In this document: in pieces, positions 50,293 to 55,873 of the stretch
Numbering within the stretch: position 1 is the stretch's first letter
How the letters are laid out: each line of letters opens with the position of its first letter
Source of the DNA: Acidobacteriaceae bacterium
Lineage (GTDB): Bacteria; Acidobacteriota; Terriglobia; Terriglobales; Acidobacteriaceae
Length of the DNA: 55,873 nt
NCBI GenBank assembly: GCA_036270675.1
Contig: DATBCB010000440.1
Location: forward strand, 1-55,873
Reading direction: 5' to 3'
Program-made: the position numbers and the translations under genes
Notes under the pieces: model-generated
Seen by the model: the letters and a program-made list of their open reading frames with translations, nothing else
Databases searched by the model: none
What the model was told of the DNA's origin: nothing

Positions 50293-51714
50293 TTGGCAGA
50301 GATTACTTATGATGTGGCGATTATTGGCAGCGGGCCGGCGGGGTATACGGCGGCCATTCGCGGTGGGCAATTGGGACTTAAGGTGGCGCTGATTGAGCGT
50401 GAGCCAAAGCTGGGCGGCACTTGCCTGCACGTGGGCTGCATCCCGACCAAGTCCATCCTCTTTAATGCCGAGGTGTACGACCACCTGAAGCATGCCAAGG
50501 AGTACGGCATCGAAGGCGTGGGCGAAGTGACGCTGAACTGGAAGGCGATCCTCGACCGGAAGAACCAGATCGTCAGCAAGCATGTGAAGGGCCTCGACTT
50601 CCTGATGCGGAAGAACAAGGTCACGGTGATTGCCGGCACGGGCAGCCTGACCGGCGGGGCTAAGGGCGGTGTCCATACTGTCGCCGTCAAGGGCGCTGAT
50701 GGTAAGGCGACTCAGGTGCAGGCCAAGAACGTGCTGGTAGCGACCGGCTCTGATGCCAAGTTGCTGCCGGGGCTGAAGGCCGACGATCGGATCCTGACCA
50801 ACATCGAGATCCTGAGCATCGACCAGATCCCGAAGTCGCTGGTGGTGATCGGCGCGGGCGCGGTGGGTGTGGAGTTTGGGTCCATCTTCAAGAGCTTCGG
50901 GTCGGAGGTCACGATCGTCGAGTACCTGCCGCGGCTGGTGCCGAACGAGGACGAAGACGTGAGCAAGGAGCTGGCGCGCGTCTTCCGCAAGCGGGGCATC
51001 GAGTCGCATGTGGGCGCCAAGGTCGACAAGGTGGAGCGAACCAAGGACGGCGTGAAGGTCAGCTTCACCAGCGCCGACGGCAACGCGCAGGTGAAGGAAG
51101 CGGAGAAGGTTCTGGTTGCGGTTGGCCGGGCGCCGCGCACGGAAAGCGTTGGGCTCGATAAAACGAAGGCGAAGCTCGAGCGCGGATTTGTTTATGTGAA
51201 CGAGTGGATGGAGACGGCGGAGCCGGGGGTGTATGCGATCGGCGACATCGTGGCCGGACTGCCACAACTGGCGCACGTGGGCGGGATGAGCGGCATCGTG
51301 GCGGTGACCCGGATTGCGGGCCGGCCGGCGCGACCGGTGAAGCGCGAGCGCATTCCGGCGTGCACCTACTGCGAGCCGCAGATCGGCAGCGTCGGGCTTA
51401 CCGAGGCGCAGGCCAAGGAGAAGGGCTTGCAGGTGAAGGTCGGCAAGTTCCCATTCTCCGCCAACTCGAAAGCCTCAATCGTGAACGAGCACGAGGGCTT
51501 CGTGAAGGTTGTCGCCGACGCGAAGTACGGCGAAGTGCTGGGCGTGCACATCATCGGTCCGCAGGCGACGGAATTGATCGCCGAGGCGGTGACGGCGATT
51601 GAACTGGAAGCGACCGTCGACGAGATGATGTTCACCATCCACGCGCACCCGACCCTGGCCGAGGCGATGCTGGACGGCTTCGGCGCAGTCGAGGGCATGG
51701 CGATCAACGTCTGA
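50293..51714 (+). CDS. lpdA: Dihydrolipoyl dehydrogenase (E3)
   Basis: GSGPAG, redox GGTCLHVGCIPTK, GAGAVG and HAHPTLAE; TTG start after GGGAG. Confidence 0.97.
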   Translation: MAEITYDVAIIGSGPAGYTAAIRGGQLGLKVALIEREPKLGGTCLHVGCIPTKSILFNAEVYDHLKHAKEYGIEGVGEVTLNWKAILDRKNQIVSKHVKGLDFLMRKNKVTVIAGTGSLTGGAKGGVHTVAVKGADGKATQVQAKNVLVATGSDAKLLPGLKADDRILTNIEILSIDQIPKSLVVIGAGAVGVEFGSIFKSFGSEVTIVEYLPRLVPNEDEDVSKELARVFRKRGIESHVGAKVDKVERTKDGVKVSFTSADGNAQVKEAEKVLVAVGRAPRTESVGLDKTKAKLERGFVYVNEWMETAEPGVYAIGDIVAGLPQLAHVGGMSGIVAVTRIAGRPARPVKRERIPACTYCEPQIGSVGLTEAQAKEKGLQVKVGKFPFSANSKASIVNEHEGFVKVVADAKYGEVLGVHIIGPQATELIAEAVTAIELEATVDEMMFTIHAHPTLAEAMLDGFGAVEGMAINV

Positions 51715-51732
51715 TTGCGGCTCGACACTCAT

Positions 51733-51758
51733 GCGGGCGGCGCTTCGGCCCCGCCCGT
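51733..51758 (+). terminator. Hairpin after lpdA
   Basis: GCGGGCGGCGC-TTCG-GCCCCGCCCGT. Confidence 0.55.
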
Positions 51759-51780
51759 TCTGCTTAGTAACATTACCTGC

Positions 51781-52027
51781 CTACCCCCTCTCGGTGCCGG
51801 GAGGCCTTGCTTGTAAGTTGTTCTGTTGTCGCGGCTTAACGCCTCTCCGGCGAGCTAAAATCTTCATTCCATTGGGCTTCCCTGTAAATTCCTCATACTG
51901 AGTGACTTAGAGTGAGCGATCGCAGCGATCGAGCGATCGGTGGGAGCCACCCAAGCGCCGCCGGACCGTTTTCCATTCCCTTATTTCAAGGCTAGCAAAT
52001 TGAATAGGTTGAAATGGCAAATTTTTG
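51781..52027 (-). repeat. Triple-box element, copy B (inverted relative to copy A)
   Basis: Boxes at 51814-51838, 51856-51880 and 51885-51909; 47-bp block at 51981-52027. Confidence 0.75.
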
Positions 52028-52135
52028 CTGATGCTACGGCGCCGAGTTCCACTTCGGGATTTCACTGCCGAAGAGCTTTCGCTGGCGTCTATTGATTCAG
52101 TAATAAGACTCGGGGTCTCATATACGATGCTCGCG

Positions 52136-53849
52136 ATGATTCGCGCCCTGGTTCCTCTCGCCGCGTGCTTGTTGGCCAGTATTTCCCTCCGGGGCGTCAG
52201 AGAAAAAACAGCCTACCTACCCCTCGTTCGATTACGATGCCGCCGTTTCGCACGAAGTGCAGCCGCATCGTCGCACGATTCCATTTGAGGGCATTCTCTC
52301 GGGCGGCTTCCACCAGCTGCGTCTCACGCTCATCGTGTCTCCGACAGGCGACGTGTTGCATGCCGAAGCCAGCGGTGACGGCGATGACATGGATGTGTGG
52401 CCGAAACTGCAGGAAGAGGTGGCCCAGTGGAAGTTCACGCCGTTCGAACACAACGGAAAGCCAGTTACGGCAGAGGTCAAGGAATATATCGACCTTGTTC
52501 CGCCAGAACGGCCGCCCACGAAGCACGTTGCTGCGCCGGTCCTTCGGTCCGATTCCAAAAGCACAATCACGCTCGCGAGGACGGGATGTTTTGGCAGTTG
52601 TCCTGCCTACACTCTTTCACTGAGCACGGATGGCATCGTGTTCGACGGCAAATACAATGTCGTCGCCACCGGAAAGCATACCGATACGGTGAGCCCGGAT
52701 GAGGTGCGCGATCTTGTAAGGCGCTTTGTCACTGCGGACTTCTACTCGATGGACGATGAGTACCGCGCGGATGTGACAGATAATCCAACCTACATGCTTT
52801 CTATTGCAATCGACGGGCATGAGAAGCGGGTAGAAGATTATGTCGGCTCCTGGGTGGGGATGCCTGCAGTCATTACGGCGTTGGAGGGTGAAGTTGATGC
52901 GTTGGCGCGTACGCAGCGATGGATAGAAGGAAGCGACGGGCTAGTTGCAGGATTACAGGCAGAGCACTTCAACTTTCATACCTTCGACGCGCAGGTGATG
53001 CTGAAGCAGTGCGCCGCTCGCGGGCAGGTTGCGACGGTGCGTGAACTGCTGGAAGCCGGTGTGCCGCTGATGCCCATACCGGTTCCTAAGCGCAAAGATT
53101 CATCCGATTCGGTTCCCTTTGTGGAAGCGGGATGGCTCACGTCAGCGAGCAGCCATCCTGACGTGCTTCAACTGCTCATCGACGCGGGAGCGAGCGAGAA
53201 CGATCAGAAAGACAAGGACGTGGCACTTGCCGGGGCGGCTCAGTCAGGACACGTGGAAGCAGCGCGGACGTTGATCGCCTATGGTGCCAATCCAAATGTC
53301 GACCTCAGCAAGCTGGCGGTCACACAGAGCGGTGGCGGCATGACGCTGTGGGGCCCAGGCGCGGGAAGTGTGCTGATCGAGGCCGCGGAATCCGGCAATC
53401 CCGAGATGGTGCGGGAGATTCTTCGCTACAGCCCGAAGCTCGAATTACGAGAGCGCGAAGGTAAGACTGCGATGTTCGCAGCAGGCGACTATCGCGATTC
53501 CGATAAGGAAGGCGCTCGGGTAGAGTGCGTGCGGATGCTTGCGGCGGCAGGCGCCAATGTGAATGCGCGGGATAACGATGGGAATACTCCACTCCATGAA
53601 ACATTTCTCACCGATGTAGAAGAGGAGTTGCTGAAGCTTGGGGCGAATGTGAATGCGCGGAACAACGACGGAGAGACACCGATCTTCACGACGGTCGACG
53701 ATAAAGCCATTCCGCTATTCATTGAGCAGGGTGCCGACCTGACCCTTCGCAACAACAAAGGACAGACAGTAGTCGAGGCTGCGAAAGGAAAGGGGCCCTT
53801 ACGGCAGGAGACTCTGCGTAAGGCAATTCAGAAGCTGAATCAGCGTTAG
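52136..53849 (+). pseudogene. Exported TonB-C-like + DUF6438-like + ankyrin-repeat protein; signal peptide out of frame by 1 bp (~52185-52194)
   Basis: ATG 52136 gives MIRALVPLAACLLASIS..; the main frame reads GASEKKQPTYPSFDY..; ITLARTGCFGSCPAY; ankyrin motifs GANVNARDNDGNTPLH. Confidence 0.75.
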
Positions 53850-53879
53850 AAACAGAACCGGCAAGCCGAAAATCTGTAG

Positions 53880-54710
53880 TCACAGGAACTTCTGCAGGGC
53901 TTCGGTGGTTTCCTTTGGACTCTCTTCGAGGATCCAGTGGCCGGTGCTTTTAAGCACAATCACGGTTACATTATCCGCGATCGATCTGGCTTGTTGGCCT
54001 AATGGTCCGCCTAGCGATTTGTCGCCGCCGATAGTGAGGACGGGGATGGTGAGCCGGGTCTTGGCGAACTCGGCGAAATCTTTGGCGGCCTGCTGGAAGG
54101 AGACGAAGTACTGCCAGCCGGCGTGCATGCGTCCGGGGCGGGAGTAGGCGGCGATGTAGGCTTCGCGATCGGCTTCCGGCAGGGAGCGTGTTTTGTCGGC
54201 GGCGAGGTCATTCCAGAAATAGGTGAAATAGGTGCGCTCGCGGCCCTGGACCAGGGCTTCGGGCGTGGGGCCGTTGAAGCGGAAGTGCCAGATGCTGGGG
54301 CTGTTGTAGATGGCCTCCCAGCCTGCGACGCCGGGAAGGAAGGCATCCATGAGGACGAGTTTGGTGACTTGGGAGGGGAACTGCGCGGCATAGGCATAGG
54401 CGACCATGAGGCCGATGTCGTGTCCGACGACTTCGGCTTTCTCGACGCCGAGTGATTTGGCGAGGTCGTGGATGCGGATGGCGGCGCTTTTCATGTCCAG
54501 ACCGCTGGCAGGAATGTCCGAGTCGCCGATGCCGGGCAGATCGGGCGCGATGACGGTGAAGCGCTCGGCGAGCAGCGGGATGATGGGCTGCCACATCCGC
54601 GAGGTCTCCGCATAACCGTGCAGCAGGATGAGCGGCGTGCCGCTGCTGGCAGTGAGGTAGTGTAGTTTGACGCCTGCGATTTCCGCGGTGCGCGAGACCG
54701 GATCATTCAT
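53880..54710 (-). CDS. Alpha/beta hydrolase (epoxide hydrolase/dehalogenase-like)
   Basis: LLHGY, PDLPGIGDS, nucleophile GHDIG and TGHWILEE; RBS AGGAG. Confidence 0.92.
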   Translation of the reverse strand: MNDPVSRTAEIAGVKLHYLTASSGTPLILLHGYAETSRMWQPIIPLLAERFTVIAPDLPGIGDSDIPASGLDMKSAAIRIHDLAKSLGVEKAEVVGHDIGLMVAYAYAAQFPSQVTKLVLMDAFLPGVAGWEAIYNSPSIWHFRFNGPTPEALVQGRERTYFTYFWNDLAADKTRSLPEADREAYIAAYSRPGRMHAGWQYFVSFQQAAKDFAEFAKTRLTIPVLTIGGDKSLGGPLGQQARSIADNVTVIVLKSTGHWILEESPKETTEALQKFL

Positions 54711-54966
54711 GACAGGTTCTCCTGAGAAGAGACACGCGTAGGGTGACGCCCGCTCTGGGTTGATTTGCTGGCAGATTCTAACTGTGTTCAAAGTTCTGGG
54801 ATTCGCAGAACACACCCTATCCTACCTGCGGTAGGGTAGAGCACCCCGGTTTCGCTACTAGTTTTCATGAGCGGTTGTAGCCGGTTTGAGGGCATAGACC
54901 TTGGCTGCGAGGTGTGCTGAGTACCTGCGGGCGGGCGCGGCGCATCTTCCTGTGCAGGCGGCGGAG

Positions 54967-55839
54967 ATGCTCAGGAAGCACTGGCGGACGGATGCGGAGC
55001 GTATTGAGGCGCATCGGGAGTTCTATGCGAATTTGATTGCGTCGCGGGCGGGTGTTTCTCCAGATAGTGAGTTGGCCGATGCGTTTCGCACGACGCCGCG
55101 CGAGCGCTTTGTGGGCGGCCCGCCGTGGCGCATCCTGACGCGCCACGGCTTTGTGGAGGCGCCGCACGATGATCCCGCATTTCTGTATCAGGATGTCGTG
55201 GTGTCTCTGGGCGCGGACGGACTGAACAACGGGGAGCCTTCGTTGCATGCGATGTGCATCGCCACGCTGCGGCCGCAGAAGGGCGACCGCGTTGTGCACG
55301 TGGGCGCAGGCTCCGGCTACTACACGACGATCCTGGCAAAGCTGGTGGGCGAGCGCGGCGTGGTGGATGCGTATGAGATCGAGCCGGGGCTGGTGCGGCG
55401 CGCGACGGAGAATCTGGCTCTGCTGCCGCAGGCGAGGCTGCATGCGCGCAGTGGGGCGGAGGGCCCATTGCCGGCGTGCGATGTGCTGTACGTGAATGCC
55501 GGCGCGACCGCGCCGCTGGCGGCGTGGCTGGATGCATTGAACAGTGGAGGGAGGCTGCTGTTTCCGCTGACGCCGGACGACGGCGCAGGCGCGATGCTGC
55601 TGATCACGCGGACCGATGACGCGGTGTACGCTGCGCGATTTCTCTTTCAGGCGCAGTTTGTCGGATGCGCGGGCGCGCGAGATGTCGAGGAAGAACGGCG
55701 GCTGGCCGAGGCATTTCGTAACCGTCGCTGGAACAAGGTCAAGTCGCTGCATCGCGATAGCAAACCCGGAGACGGCTGCTGGCTTGCCGGGCGGCGCTGG
55801 TGGCTGTCTACGGAGGATGTGGCTTCGCCGCCTCGCTGA
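54967..55839 (+). CDS. Protein-L-isoaspartate O-methyltransferase-like SAM methyltransferase; start codon uncertain
   Basis: PRERF, NNGEPSLH, VVHVGAGSGYYT, YVNAG and GGRLLFP. Confidence 0.85.
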   Translation: MLRKHWRTDAERIEAHREFYANLIASRAGVSPDSELADAFRTTPRERFVGGPPWRILTRHGFVEAPHDDPAFLYQDVVVSLGADGLNNGEPSLHAMCIATLRPQKGDRVVHVGAGSGYYTTILAKLVGERGVVDAYEIEPGLVRRATENLALLPQARLHARSGAEGPLPACDVLYVNAGATAPLAAWLDALNSGGRLLFPLTPDDGAGAMLLITRTDDAVYAARFLFQAQFVGCAGARDVEEERRLAEAFRNRRWNKVKSLHRDSKPGDGCWLAGRRWWLSTEDVASPPR

Positions 55840-55873
55840 GCGGCCCTGCTGACGCGGATTGGGCCGGATCTCA

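Noticed and set aside
54817-54839. Hairpin CTATCCTACC-TGC-GGTAGGGTAG between the divergent hydrolase and methyltransferase
   Set aside because: It is a single occurrence with no U-tract or second copy, so it cannot be assigned as operator, terminator or repeat.

Overview
High-GC chromosomal window, very likely from an Acidobacteriota (Terriglobia/Acidobacteriaceae-type) genome; this is inferred from an ADOP-type duplicated permease, two Oar-type TonB-dependent receptors, a YXWGXW-repeat protein and tandem small beta-barrel OMPs. It is mostly housekeeping: alr-dnaB, mnmG, obgE, lpxC, maf, greA, ruvX, mltG, purEK, a 2-oxoacid dehydrogenase E1a/E1b/E2 cluster with lipB and a distant lpdA, mutS2 and hemB. 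I found no rRNA, tRNA, CRISPR array, integrase or transposase. The unexplained structure is mainly non-coding. (1) Two copies of a ~240-bp element built from three 25-bp TAA-N19-TTA-like boxes with conserved spacing plus a conserved 47-bp promoter-like block. (2) Six ~115-bp inverted-repeat elements whose arms differ between copies but keep pairing around a shared central hairpin. (3) A chain of translationally coupled 8-codon mini-ORFs made by a 23-bp tandem repeat in front of a phospholipid synthase. (4) A deletion scar that joins the start codon of a CI-like repressor lacking its catalytic dyad directly to the 3' part of a phage-tail-like gene (prophage/GTA-like remnant). (5) Three genes with single-base lesions plus one gene remnant. 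(6) An ~18-kb block of reversed G/C strand skew. All alignments and counts were done by eye; no database searches were run.
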